Shown here piece by piece: positions 42,358-56,417 of a stretch of DNA of 64,000 nt. The notes beneath the pieces are model-generated. The model was not told the origin of the DNA. It made no database searches and saw only the letters and a program-made list of their open reading frames with translations. Where the stretch lies: NCBI RefSeq assembly GCF_009914755.1, contig NC_060945.1; one strand, 5' to 3'. A program made the translations under genes and the position numbers. The first letter of the stretch is position 1, and every line of letters starts with the position of its first letter. The stretch is from the human T2T-CHM13v2.0 reference genome, Homo sapiens.

Positions 42358-45300
42358 ATGCCCACTGAACCCACAAAAGCAGTGTTTAATTTTACAGTTT
42401 AAAGTCACACATAGGGAAATGCTTTACAAAATAGGATATTGTTCCTCAATGAAAATATTACAGTATAGGTCCCAAACGGCTCAGTTCAAGTCTTTTACCT
42501 GAATAACAGAGCTGTTGTGGAATGCAGGCTACAAGACACAGTAATGCTTTAAATAGTTGATTAAGATTTGAAGGTTGCCAAAGCTGAGAGACATTTTAAA
42601 CAAGACCCGTCTTAGTTTTCCAAGATTTTTGGTTTTTCAACTGCATTATATACCATTGCTTCTGGAAAATTGAGGGTAATAAGCAGCGTACATTTTACAT
42701 CTTATATACAGTATGTAAATCTTCAATGATTTTCTCTACCATCAAAGCAAGTTTCAAGGTTTAAAAATCTGTTATACGTACTTAGGTTTATTACTTGACT
42801 TTACTCACAGACTCTAATATAGAAACCAAATATTTATGCAATTGCTTCTATCAAATGCAACATATTTCTTCAGTCTATTTAGTTATCTGCAAAGTCTATT
42901 TACAAAGCATATGTATGATTTCCTCTGACTAATAGGTCATACAAATACGTAAGTAGTGTTTTTCAACTCGTAATTGTAGCAAGATGAGCCATCAAGGTTT
43001 ACGTTGTGCCTGAGTGTATAATGCAAAAATACCATCCAGAGATTATATATTTCTTAATCAAAAGTCTAGCTTTACAAAGTCACATACAGTGTGTTCTTCT
43101 ATTGTAAATATACTCTCAGTATAGGTAGACGTGTTTCTAATATATTGTGAGTTGTTAAAGAAAAGGCTGAGATATAGTCACCAAGTGTTTACCAATAACA
43201 TAAATTATTGCAAAGCTTGAAAAAAAATCAGGCCAAATATACACGACAGTTTGAATGGAATGCTGAGGACTTAGTGAATGCTGAAATATGACTCATCTAA
43301 AAGTCTGCTACTCCGGCCTGATGCTCCTCAAATTTTAATGACCCCTTAAATGTCCTCAGATGCACATGCAGTTTACGTCACTGACCACTGTTGGTCAAAA
43401 CAATCATTGGATGTGCTTATTTTTCAAATTTTGAGTATCAAGTTGTGCCCTACCGTGACACAAAGCTTAGAGGTCTTTCTTGCAAACTGTAAAATCATGT
43501 AGAAAAATAGTAACTCAAAAATACCACATTTGACAGTCGGTCACGAAAGATGTTAGCACCTCAATAAAAATTAGAATTGTTCATTGGGTGTGCCAAAGGA
43601 AAGTGGAAAAAAATTAAAAAGCATGCCCTGTTTTTTATTTGTTTTTTTTTTTTTTCCTACAAATCACAGTTTTCCTCACAGTGTTAGACTTTTAGGTCAC
43701 TCTGATGTAGCAGTACCTTACAGGATGAGGGGCCACTGCTCGTTTTTTCCATTTGACCTTTACAGTCCACATGGTCCAGTTAGTTGAAGCCACAAAATAA
43801 AGACCAGAGACAGCAAAATTATTGCTAATGTGCAACTATATTAGTAGAATGCAATTAACTGGGCTAACTAATGTGTATGTTAATGTCTTTTTTTTTTTCA
43901 AAACCAACATCATCTAACAACATATTCTTTTAGTTTTTCCATAAAACCTGCATTGAGAATGATATCATAGCCCCAGGCAGGCATTTACCAGACTGAATGT
44001 TTTGCTGATCTGAACACTACCTGTATTCCAATTTTTTGGCTAATGCATGGTTTTGTATTTCAATATGTTCTCATACATTAAATAAATGAAACACAATTAT
44101 ACATTATAGAGTTTATATGCATCATGATGATATAATTTGAGAAATTATCTCTATAGATTATGCTAACAAAGGATTCTTAGGAAGATTTTTCAATGTACTA
44201 GCCAGTTAAGTTGATCTATCTGTTTGATAACCTAAAACTATAGATTGTTGGCAAATGAGAAAAATAATAGGGAAAACATACAAGTTCCTTTTCTGTGTGT
44301 CTAAATGATACATTGTCTTGAATTTGGTTCTATTAAAGCTTTAAATGACCATTTCTGTACACATGGCTATTTCATTTATTTAGTAGTTTTGAAATGTTAG
44401 CAAATATAAGGTATTTGTAAAGCATCTTTCATTATAAAGAGATTAGTAATATTCACCAATCATGCCAATGAGATTATACACTCTGCCAAAGACTACTAGA
44501 AAAATTTGATCATTATTAAATTCAATGTTATTTGACAGTGTGAACTCTATGTAACAGCACAAATTCTGGACTTTGAATCTGGCTGCTGTCCTCACCTGAA
44601 CCATTAAAATGACCTTGTTAACAAGGAAGGAATCAATGGGGAAATATCACAACCAGAGATTGGCTGTGTGTCCAAGGGTGCTTTGTCTTGTTGCCAGGAT
44701 CAGACTGTGAAATCACAGAGGCAAGCTGATGTCATCAGAGGTGACTCTGCCTATTTCAAGTCCTATAATCACCCCATGGGATTCAACAGCAGTAGGAAAA
44801 CATCACATTCTCTTAATGGACACCCCATATTTGTAGAAACAGTTATGACTATTAGCATTTGTTATACAAACCCAATCTATTTGTGCTCATCTGTAGAATC
44901 CTACAGACACTAGAGACTAAATGATATTAATTTTAGGAGGTGTTTCTAAAGGAGAAACAGACAACATTTGGTTTTATTATCGTTTGTATCCCTCAGAAGT
45001 TGTGTGTAGACAACTTTCATCTAATACATCAATATCGACTTGTCCAAGTTTCTCGATGAAGTGAAAGGATCTGATTATTGGCTGTGTCTTAGCGTCTGTA
45101 GGAAGCTTCTAGGCTATTTGTGTACCCAAATTTAAAACTTGCACCTTGTTTCATTGAATAAGTGTTTTTCTTATTTGTGACTTGGAAAAATTAGTGTTAA
45201 TGTGATGTAAAAGACCTATTATCATAGGCACAAGTAATGAACACTATTGGTCATGACAGATTAAAATTTCCTTGGAAAGAAAAATGATAGTATCAGAATA

Positions 45301-46164
45301 AGAATACATGAGGAATATATACATATACACCTGCTTCACACAGAAAGCTTTCTGTAAAAAAATACAAAAGCAACCAGTGCTGTATATTATGTAAACTCAC
45401 AAAGTGTAAAAGTGTACTTTATACACAAACATGAAGCATAAATTAAAAAGTAGGACAACAGCAAAACATTTTAAATATAGAAAAATTTGAACATATTTTT
45501 GTTAAATAAGAATAAATAATTTTATCACACAAATTCACATACCAGTTGCAAAAACAATAAATTACTTTTTTTCAGTGCTGCAACTTTTTTTTTGTTTGTG
45601 ATTTATCCCCTAATTCCTAGTTTAGTGGGATAAAACTGTTTCCACAGGAAGGCAAAGGAACATAAATTTATTGAATAAATTATAACAATGCCCACATATT
45701 TCTAAACAGCAAGGCAGGGCTTAATTTAAATTTTTCTGATCTAGAAGAAATAAATGTCATTTTTTCTGGCTCCCTTTGTACTTAATAAAACTTATTATGG
45801 AGTGCTTAGTTATGTAAGTGAGATTAGATTCTTACAAACCTGAGCATTTTCAGACGAATTCTTTTTTTTTTTTTTTTTTTAAAGAAGTAGCCCCTAGCAT
45901 CCTGAATTCTAGACATTTTAAAAAATTCAAGATGCAACAATGGAAAGGTGAAAGACAGTACGAAGTCAAAGTGGACTGACTTAGATTGAGTTGTATAGAA
46001 TTTTCCCTTTGTTCACAATTCGTGGTATCTATTGAACACTCCATTTCTCTGAATTTCAGTTTCCAATCCATATCATCTTCTCCAGGAATTTAGACATACA
46101 TTCCTCAGTCAATCTAGTGAGACTCATAAGAAAAAGGTGGAGAAAACTACTTAAAAGCATGGAA

Positions 46165-46172
46165 TAGTGGTT
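46165..46172 (-). promoter_or_regulatory. miR-140-5p 8mer seed match (AACCACUA) in the 3'UTR
   Basis: + strand tagtggtt. A second 7mer-m8 site (agtggtt) is at 46836-46842. miR-140 repression of ADAMTS5 in cartilage is established. Confidence 0.7.
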
Positions 46173-48469
46173 TAATTGCTCTGAGCTCTCTAGGATTGTT
46201 TCCATGACAGGTGTAAACCATCACTATTTGAGGGAAACATGAATCATTGATAAACCATATTAAAAATGTATGAGTATAGTAAGAGAAGCAGAGTAGGAGA
46301 CAACTACATTTATGCCTCGAGTATTTTTTAATGTTGTTGGGAATATAACCACAAAAAATAAAAATAAATTTTGTCACATTTGAGTTACTTGATTAAAATT
46401 ATTTCCAAAATGGAAAAAAGTAACATTAACCTCTCTCCTAATTCTCTTTGCACAGACAAATGGCACTGGGATTATTATTTTTTTTCTCACCTATTTAACT
46501 AGGTTTGCTTTCTGCCCTTGGCATTGGGTGATCTCCATCACATATAGGTTATCAGCCTTGTACAGGCCTCATTTCTCAAAGTGATAATTTATTAAGAAAA
46601 AAAATTTCTACGTCGAAAGCAAAGTCAGTCTATGAAAATTCAAAGGATAATTATTGGTTTTGTAAAACAATTATTTGTTTTAAAAGCAATTTCTTAAGAA
46701 AATACTGAAAACAGCAAGACATCTATTTTCCTGGCCCACTGAAATGATGTAATATAGTGATCAGTTACATAATTCTTTTATATTAAAAACATCTTATAAT
46801 AAAAATAAACTCTCATGAGCTTGTAGAACTCAAACAGTGGTTCCCTAAGATCTTCACATGCAAATCTTTAACAATAGGCACATTTGGCAGGATTACTATG
46901 AATTTTTATAAAGAAAAATTGGCTTTGCAGTGTTTCACAACAAAAGAAATCCCAATGAAATCAAACAACTTAGATTTTCTAAGTTGTGAGGTTGGTGATG
47001 GGGGGGTGTACATTTTATCATCTAAAAAGATATCTTTAGGTGTGTGCTTATAAAATAATTTCCATGTCTAACTATTCAAACTTACAACCTACTTAAACAG
47101 GCTATGGAAACAAAAACAACAACTTTCTGAAAATCATCACATGTCATCACTCAAACACTTACGGGTACAATCAAGTGCTTTCCAGTTGGGAAAAATATTT
47201 AGTACAATAGGAATATACTTAGATTTTTTAAATTAAGAAATTATTGCCTATGGTGTGGAAACAGTCTTATTAATATTAACCACTTTTTGGCATTAACCAC
47301 ATTAACAATGATAACCACTTCTCAATGTGGCTAACTACCAAGTGATCTTTAATGTTTCTAATAAAATAAGTCAAGAAATACAAAACATTGTAGGTCTTAC
47401 TGAACCCTTGAACAAAACAAATAAGCAAACACAAACGCATTTTAAAGGCTTGCTGGTAGGAGGTATACCAGTGTTGAATGTGTTGGACATGATAGAAAAC
47501 TTGCTGTGTGTTTTGTACGTATATCATACATTGTGAGATATCAGATGAAAGCTCTGGAGAGAGAAAGTAGTTGTGAAAATATAAATTGAAAACACAGTGA
47601 AATACGATTTTTTTCCTTTTAAATTTCCAACACAAGGAAACTAGTTTTTAGACTCTTGAGTATGATCACACACACACACGCAAACCCTACTTCTACATCT
47701 GAAATTATGCATTAATTTGGCTAGCTACCTGAAAAAAATACAGGCAGTCAAAGGTTTTAAGTAAATGAACCCGTGTATGTATTTAAGTGACTAGATACAC
47801 TGAGATCTATTTACTTTTCAAAATTTCTCAGAAGATACTTGCTGTCAAAATGGTTTTTTGACTGAAATTTTATCTCCTGTAGTCAGAAAATATACTACAT
47901 CTTATTAAAACAGCAGCAAGTTCTTAATTTCCAGTAAAATATCCACAGCTCTTTCTGGAAACGGAAGGAAGTTGAAATAGCTGCAGACCTACTTTGGTCA
48001 AACACTTTTTTTATAGAAATATATATGGATATTTTAATAGAACCAGGGGATATAAAGTGACATACCAAGGGAGAATGTATTTACAAACAGTAAGAAGAAG
48101 CTACTGTGTATTATGGGTGAAAATGATTATGATACCATTAAAGACATTCTATCAGAGGTAGGTGACAAGGGGGAGACAGTTCTGCCATCTTCAAATGTCC
48201 CCTGATTTTACATTCATCAGTGTTTCTTGTAATCCCAGGGGATGTTCAATAACTCCCAAGTTTTTCTATATTGCAAGGTCACCACTGTCACGTGAAGCAG
48301 TGCACATCCTCTTTTGGTCACAGAGAGCAGATTCTGCCCATAATTGGACTCCTGTTGACAATGTCACTGAAGCATGACTTTCTGTGCGTTAGGTAGACCT
48401 CCTGTTCACCACGACTGCATCGGTGCTGAATCCTCCAGTTATCTTTGTGCATAAGATCATAACCACAGG

Positions 48470-49037
48470 CTAACATTTCTTCAACAAGCATTGCTTAAAC
48501 GCAGAAGGCCTTTGGGAGAGAGGACATCCTTTTGCTAACTTCCGGTTTCCATCCTGGCACTGCACCGTTCTGGTGTGCCAACCTGTGTCACAGGTCCTAG
48601 AGCAGGCGAGCCATGGGCCCGTGACCCACTGCGGCTGCGAAGTGTGTGATCCCACTTTATTGCTGCCATGACTAGTGACAGAGTTTACTTTTGGAGTGGA
48701 CTTCTTGGGAACAAAAAAGCTATAACGGACATCTAATGGTTTAGTGGGGTCTGTTGCAAGAATCTGCACTATTAGAATTTCCTTCGTGGCAGAGTAGCCC
48801 ATGCCATGCAGGAAGTCATCCCTGTGGCTCCAACCGCTATAGTTCATGACTGTTCCATTGATGTCAATGATAGTCTCTGAAGTGGAGATCATGTACTTTC
48901 CATTGATAAGGTACTCACCGTTTTTCTTTTTCAGGGCTAAATAGGCAGTGAATCTAGTCTGGTCTTTGGCTTTGAACTGTCGAACTTTTATGTGGGTTGC
49001 CCCTTCAGGAATCCTCACCACGTCAGTGTAACCCTTA
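48470..49037 (-). CDS. ADAMTS5: ADAMTS5 last coding exon (exon 8, coding part 568 bp): spacer and C-terminal TSP1 repeat
   Basis: SKGYTDVVRIPEGATHIKVRQF...WVTGPWLACSRTCDTGWHTRTVQC...KQCLLKKC then TAG at 48472-48470. ttccag acceptor, phase 2 matches exon 7. Confidence 0.97.
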
Positions 49038-49459
49038 CTGGAAGTAGGAATGTTCACAGGAAGTGGGGGAAGGTGGTTAAAAAAAGGGAGAAAAAAATGA
49101 GTAAACACTTAACAAATAAATACACAAACAGAAGTTCTCTAAAAAGTCTTCTCTTAACACACAGTTTTAATGGATTAGTTTAAAATTGGGTTTAAAAATT
49201 ATTTTTTATGAGAAAATTGCAATTATACTACAGTATTGTATACACTTTAATTGAGGTGTTCAAAATTAGGATGATGCTAGCAACCTGCCTTCATTTAAAA
49301 CATTTATACTAACTTTCAAGATTTATACAACCATTTTCATCCTTATCAGATCCTATCATCTTTACAAATCTACTTTCCATTCTTTCTGGCACAAAATGGG
49401 ATCTGTTTAAACACAAACTGACAAAAATATGCCTTCACTTAATCTCACATAATTCTTTA

Positions 49460-49632
49460 ATATTTCTCAGATTGCTTCCACATTAGAATCACGTGGGGAT
49501 CTTTTAAATCTTTCAGAGCCTACCCACACCTCAGACCAATTAAATCCCCATCTTCCAGGGTCGGGCACAGTCAAGAGCACTTTTGAAACTTCTCACATTG
49601 TTCCAATGTGCAGACTAACTTGGGAACACAGA
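49460..49632. mobile_element. MER5A-type DNA transposon in intron 7
   Basis: cacattagaatcacgtgggg...cagaccaattaaatc...ttccaatgtgcag. Confidence 0.75.
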
Positions 49633-50464
49633 ATTAATTAGTTTTTGGACTAGAGGTGAGTAGAGTCTCTGCATTCCTTTCTACTAGAATTCTGGATTTG
49701 GTGGGACAGGCCATAAATGAAGCATGCAATTCTGAAATTGGGTAATGATATTACTAATACCATCATAAAAGGGGAATTTTTTTAAATGACTTAGAGAATT
49801 TTTCTGAATTCTTAGTGCCCATAAGATACGATAGATTGAGAAAGGCTTTATGGTGAGTGACATATAAGTCTTCAAAGAGCCATCATCTGGACAAAAAAAT
49901 GGGGAAAGACACAAATATCTTTAATACCCATAAACCTGTGAGGAATGCTAGGATGGAAATGCTAATTAAGCACCAAGGGTGAAATGACGAGTCAACTTTT
50001 GTCCACATTTTTGCCTTTTTAAGTAATTTCATAATAGGGTCCCTTCACTTTCCTAGTTATTTAAACAGGAATACTATTGGCTTGAGCAGTTTGACTGACG
50101 TGTGGAGCTGAACTGTCTCATTTCCAGTTCTCATTCACATGCTAAAGATCCAAGTGTGTTTCCCTTACTCCAGAGTTTCCTCTGAATTGGAAAGGAAGCT
50201 TATCGCCAAGGAAGTCCCCTGTCTGCAGGGCAATCTGTTCTACAGTGACAGCCACACAGGTGGTAAAGCTTCCTACAGTGTTGAAGAGAGATGATGCAAT
50301 GCTCAGGGCGTTCCTTATTCTGTCTAACTCGATTCATTATTTTTATTTTTGTAATACATTACAGATCAGATTTTGTTACAGATGTGTTTTGTAGTACCTA
50401 ATATTAATAAATAATCCATGAAACTATAGTGGCTTCAAAGAAAGTCAAAAGGGATGTTGGAGAA

Positions 50465-50680
50465 TTCCTCGAGGTCAGGAGTTTAAGAGCAGCCTGGGAA
50501 ATACAGGGGAGGCCTTGTCTCTACAAAAAGTAAAAGAGTTAGCCAGGGATGGTGGCGCATGCCTATGGTCCTAGCTACTGGCAAGGCTGAAGTGGGAGGA
50601 TCGCTTTAGCCCAGGTCTTGGCTGCAGTGAGTGCACCACTGCACTCCAGCCCGAGTAACAGAATGAGATCCTGTCTAAAC
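50465..50680 (+). mobile_element. 5'-truncated AluJ-like
   Basis: gaggtcaggagtt...gggaggatcgctt...cactgcactccagcc. Confidence 0.85.
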
Positions 50681-50807
50681 AGAAGGTAGTTGGAGATAAA
50701 TATAACATCTTACACAAAAAGAGTATGAAATGGGGATATATGACAGTATTTGAACAAGTTCACTTTAGAGCTGATTAGTGGCAGTGTTAGGCTTAAAAGC
50801 CAGGCTT

Positions 50808-51100
50808 GGCTGGATGCCGTGGCTCACACCTGTAATCCCAGCACTTTGGGAGACTGAGGCAAGGGGATCACCTGAGGACAGGAGTTCCTGACCAGCCTGG
50901 CAAACATAGGGAAACCCTGTCTGTACTAAAAATACAAAAAGTAGCTGGGCATGGTGGCCCGTGCCTCTAATCCCAGCTATGCTGGAGGCTGAGGCAGGAG
51001 AATCGCTTGAACCTGGGAGGCAGAGGTTGCAGTGAGCCAAGATGGTGTTATTCCAGCCTGGGCAACAGAGTGAGACCCTGTCTTAAAAAAAAAAAAAAAA
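50808..51100 (+). mobile_element. Full-length Alu (AluS-type)
   Basis: TSD aaaagccaggct at 50795-50806 and 51100-51111. Confidence 0.96.
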
Positions 51101-51544
51101 AAAGCCAGGCTCTTGACTCCCAATTAGCGCTCTTTTTCACTATGTCCCCAGGCATAAAATCCTGACCCCTGCCAGCCATATGTTATAGCAGTTAAATGAA
51201 ATTAAATTCTGGTTATGTGCAGAGTTTAAATGATGCCCAGTAAGGAGTAAGTAAAATAAAGAATAAAGGGTAAGGGAAGCTTTTTTGGGTGTTTACCCTT
51301 GTTCCTTAGAGCTTATCTCATCTTGATGAGAATTAGTATGATGGTCAGTATTGCTGCAGGTCTTCAAACTGAGTTTCACAAGCACTAGTAAACCTGAGTA
51401 TTAGTGCCCTGATTTTTTAGTGCCTTAGTAAGAGATGATTCTCTTGATATTCCTGATTCCTTTTCTTTACATCCTGCTTGGTATCATTTAAACTCCAGAC
51501 ACTAACCAGCTTTCCCGACTACCATAAGTGAATGCAATTTTCAT

Positions 51545-52450
51545 ACAACTCTTACAAAGTATGGCTGGCAGGGCAAAGGAATCTTGTTTTGTTCAGGGCT
51601 ATCTGCACAGTGCCAAGGACAATGTCTGTCATGAAAAAATATATTCATTTATATTCAAGCATGCTCTCAGGGAAGGGATGTTTTAGTCCGCTCCCAGCAA
51701 ACAAAATATGTGGTGATATCAATTGATAAGAGCTGTGAAGAAACGGAGTAAGGTAAGAAGTTGCACAGTAGTGGTGGGAGTGGAGGAGATGTCCTCTTGT
51801 ACATTTACGGTAGCCTCCATCTGGGGAGGTGATATTTGACAGAGACCTAAAGAGATTCTGGAAAGTGTACTGCTCATTAATAGCAGAAAGTGTTCCAGGC
51901 AGAGGAAACAGCATTCTCATACCTGGTGTCATGTTTTTGAAGTGCAAGAAAGTGCATTCTGGTCAGAGCAGAGCATGAGAAAGGGACAGTGTAGAAAAGA
52001 CATAGAGGAGGGAAGGGGCCAGATCTTTTAGCACCTTAGAGATTACAAAACAGTCTTGGGTATTGAGTCTAAGTAAGATGGAAGCCACTGGAGGCTACTG
52101 ATCAAAGGAATGCAATGATCTGGTTTAGGTAATAGCCATGGCTTCCCTTGCTTGGTAAGATGAGATTGAGGAGCAAAGGATCCAGAGGTCAGCGAGAAGA
52201 CTGCAGTGTTAGTCCAGGCAAGATCTGATGAACACTTGGATTGCGGTGGGAGCGGTCACGGTGGTGAGGGGCACCCAGATTCTGGAGATGTGGTGGAAAT
52301 AGAACTGACAGGATCTGCTGATGGATGGATGTGGGGTGTGAGAGAAAATGAGACGTGAACCATGCCTCCAAAGTTTTGGCCTCAATAGTAGAAAGACTGA
52401 GTTGCCATTTACTGAGATGAGGAAAACTGAGGGAGGAGCGAGTTAAGATT
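51545..52450. mobile_element. L2 fragments in intron 7
   Basis: gttccaggcagaggaaacagc, gatggaagccactggagg, gttgccatttactgagatg. Confidence 0.75.
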
Positions 52451-53003
52451 AGGGTCATATTGTGAATGGGCTTAAAATTGATGAAATATTTTAATATGTA
52501 TTACCTCATTTCACCTTCACAACAGTTTTATTAACCATATGATAATAATTACCAGTATTTCCACTTTACTTTTGAGAAATCTCCTGGTAAAGAAATTAGG
52601 TGACAATTCAAAGATCACATGTCTAAGGAATCATTGAGCCAAAGCTTGATTACAAATATTGCAGTATGAGATCAATGTTCTTTTTCATAAATCATATAAA
52701 TTACTATGGCCTCCCTAGGTAATTAATTTGAACTACTCAAACATGTCATTTGTACCATAGTAGAATCTTGGTCAAACCAATTTTCAGGTGGTTACATTGC
52801 ATACCACTTGTTGCTATAATGAATTTCTTCTTTTTCATGTGAAAAAATGTGCAGATATTAGTTGTCAGCACAAAAATACTTAAAATGCTAAATTTAGCAA
52901 TTTTAAAACTGGTTTATAACTTTATATAGAAGAGAATATGTACCATAAAGTGTATAAGGTATTACTTTTTAAAAGTAGTTTTGTTTCTAATTTGATTCCT
53001 GAA

Positions 53004-53165
53004 TTCCCTCTCTCCCTCCTTTCCTTTTTCTTTCCTTCCTTCCTCTTTCTTTCTTTCTCTTTCCTTTGTCTTTCTTTCTCTTTCTTTCTTTCTTTTTCTT
53101 TCTTTCTCTCTCTCTCTTTCTTTCTTTCTCTCTTTCTTCTATCTCTCTTTCTTCTTTTTTTTTTC
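53004..53165. repeat. (TTTC)n/(TC)n pyrimidine tract
   Basis: About 160 bp of nearly pure C/T. Confidence 0.95.
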
Positions 53166-54298
53166 AAAGTGACCTGTGTATTCTAGGATTTCAGTTATGG
53201 TGTCTGCTCTTCTCTGGCATTCATCAGCCATGGATAATTGGCTAACTCCTATATTTTCAGAGTCCAACTCATTTTTAAAACAGAAGGTTGGACTGATCAT
53301 CTCCAAGGTGTTTTATACCTTTGAAACATATAAAAATGCAGGATATAATTGGGCATGCAGGGTTTTTGACATAGATGGTCTAACACAATTAGGTGAATAA
53401 TTATTTCATTAGCAAATAGAATTAGTAACGCATATTTTAACTCAGAATAAATTTTTCAGCCATATATTTTCAAATCACATCAGAGAAAATTTATAGTTTT
53501 TTACATTAACATGTTTAATTATTTTAATAAATCCTATTGTTAATTTCGTTTGCATATTACTCTCAAGTTACAGACAACACAGCACGTACATCAAGAATAC
53601 AGATACATTTGACTAATAACACTCAGCCTAAGAGTGGTTTGGGAAGAAAAGCAAGCCTGTATTTTACCAGACTCTAGTCAACTCAGTCATCCTACCTGAT
53701 AGCATATTTTATGCCGGAAATTGGTACTTCATAAACTTGAATATTTAAAGCAAAAATCTAGGACCATAAGAGGAAGCAGGAGAGAGACACTGCTGTATAT
53801 ATTTCTTTAGAGAGTAGATATAAACCAGGATACTTCACTGTTGCCCACACCATTGCAATGAACTTACATTTTGCAAGGGGAAATATTTTCTTAAGGAAAA
53901 CACAGTGTAAGGATAATTTGTTTTTAAAAATATAGTTAAGATCAAAACCAACCAACCTTCCCTAAATTATGTTTTAGGAATAACACTAGATCTGCAAGAT
54001 ATCACTAAAGTGGAATGTCCCCCACTTTTTCTTTTCAGTTTTCTGACTCTACAAGCTATTGATTCCCATGGCTACTGCAGTTTATCTGCTTCCAGAGGCG
54101 GCATGAGTTTTCCCTGAGCAACCAGAGTTTTATTCATCTCCTGTCTCTTCCTTCTCATATTTAAAATGTGTTTCTAGAGCCACGTTAGACCTCCTCATAC
54201 AGATAGCTTATGATGTAATATGAATCCTCCTTTATCAATTTTGCAAGAGTCTAAAGCTTTGTTCAATTCACATAAAGACAAAGGTTCTATCATATTAC

Positions 54299-54474
54299 CT
54301 TTTCTTATTAAAGGTTCCAACAATCTTTGTACAGCTGGAGTTGTCTCCTCCACATACTCCGCACTTGTCATACTGCAGCTTTGAGCCAATGATGCCGTCA
54401 CAGCCAGTTCTCACACACTTCCCCCGGACGCAGACGGAATTACTGTACGGCCTACATTCAGTGCCATCGGTCAC
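54299..54474 (-). CDS. ADAMTS5: ADAMTS5 coding exon (exon 7, 176 bp): cysteine-rich domain and start of spacer
   Basis: [58 protein letters not shown]. attcag acceptor, GTAATA donor. Phase 0 in, phase 2 out. Confidence 0.97.
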
Positions 54475-55449
54475 CTGAATCATGGCAAATGCATTAGGAG
54501 TGGGAAATGTTTGCATCAGTATTTGCTCCTTTGGTCAACTAGTAAGTTCTCATTTGTGATTTTTTGAGTTTGATTGGTATGGACAGTCCATTGAAAAAAA
54601 AAAAAAGCCAAAAAAACATAGTTTCCAGAAGTAGCTAACTGAAAAATCCTTGGCATATTGCCAGAAAGCAGATTTTGGATAAGCCTAGGTTACACATTTT
54701 CTCTCTTAACCTTACCTCTGAATGTGTTAAGAGACACAAGGTACTCATCTTCGTTTTTGTATGCATAATACATTCTCACTAGAAGTAATCTTTTCACTTA
54801 GTGTTTCAGACTATCATTTGTGTGCAGAACTGAATATGAGCAGGCTTGAGAATGCAAAGATCCTTCTTTGTTGCATAGTTGTTATTATAATGACAAATTT
54901 GAAAATCTAAACTTGACATTCAAAACTGTGTCATGGTTGGAGAGCATTCCCTATTGTGTGTTGAACTGTCAGACACTGAAATCGACACAACCAAATTAGT
55001 ACAGAAAAAGGAGTCTGGGGAAGTTAGATGAACGGACTTACTGGAAGAGACTGAATATATTTTGAATAAACGGATTAGTGTATAGTTTAAAAGCTAGTTA
55101 TAAAACAGTGTGTATATAGATTGTGGCTTGTGCATGTGAGTATATGTAATATATATACACTCATATATATAAATAAGCCTGTAAATTTTATATTTATGTA
55201 TATAGAAAACTCTTTTTATGCATGTGTATGAGTATGTTGTGAATGCGTGTGTGTGTGAGTTGAAGTAGAATATACTTTATCAGGTTAATAGCTCTGTAGA
55301 TGGTGGTATTTTCAGGTGATTTTTATGTTTTTACTTCTGTGTAATATTTTTGAATGAAAATGCATTATTTTCTAATAAAAACATGAGCTTTAAAAAATTT
55401 CATAAATTGACATTAGCTTGTTTTTCAATAACATATTATAAATATCTGA

Positions 55450-55758
<309 letters not shown>

Positions 55759-56156
55759 ATAGGTGATTTTAAATGTAGCAACTGTTTACAAATTTGTAAA
55801 TTGCTGTATAACACTGACCATAAGAATAAAACTCTGCTATAGATTTAGAAAATGCTCACTTGTGAAAAATAAGGCATGTTCCATACACAAATATTATACA
55901 CATACACAAGGATTATAACATATATAACTAGAGGGACATTGATTCATATTAAGGGTTCTTGACTTATTCAAAAGCCTGAGTCAGAGGTATATGATCTTGA
56001 AACCCATCTCCACGGCTCATCAAAGGAATTCTTAAGTAAATCATAGAAAAATAGAAAAAGTTTTCTTGCTTTATGGTCTCCTTTACAATGCTGCTTAGGA
56101 AATACTAGTTGTTTTCATGGTTACTTTAAAGTTAAGGTCACACTTTGCCTTCCTTG

Positions 56157-56194
56157 ACAGTGAGTTACACCTTTTACAGTGAGTTACACCTTTT
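56157..56194. repeat. Perfect 19-bp tandem duplication
   Basis: acagtgagttacacctttt twice. Confidence 0.95.
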
Positions 56195-56417
56195 AAATAT
56201 AGCTTTTAAAACATTTACTTGTTCTGTTTATAAAATAATTTTTATTCATTGTGTAAAGTTTGAAAATATAGAAGTTATAGAGATGAAAATAAAAACCTTC
56301 CAAAATCTAACTGACCCCAAACTAATAACTGTTTACGTCTGGCGTCCGCAGGCTTCATTCTACCAAATAATTTCCACCAGTACGCCTACTGCTTCTGGAC
56401 AGTTGGTGTGTAGTTAC

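Larger units (their letters stand above)
42330..48469 (-). other. ADAMTS5: ADAMTS5 3'UTR (~6.1 kb)
   Basis: AU-rich sequence after the stop, with no recognisable interspersed repeats, running to an AATAAA at 42357-42352. Length agrees with my recall of a ~9.6 kb mRNA. Exact cleavage site is approximate. Confidence 0.8.

Noticed and set aside
49038-49108. N-terminal extensions of exon ORFs in the ORF track (also 54475-54516 and 58781-58885)
   Set aside because: Intronic read-through beyond clear splice sites.
52922-53186. Lys/Arg/Glu-rich and Phe/Ser/Leu-rich ORFs
   Set aside because: Translation of the (TTTC)n tract.
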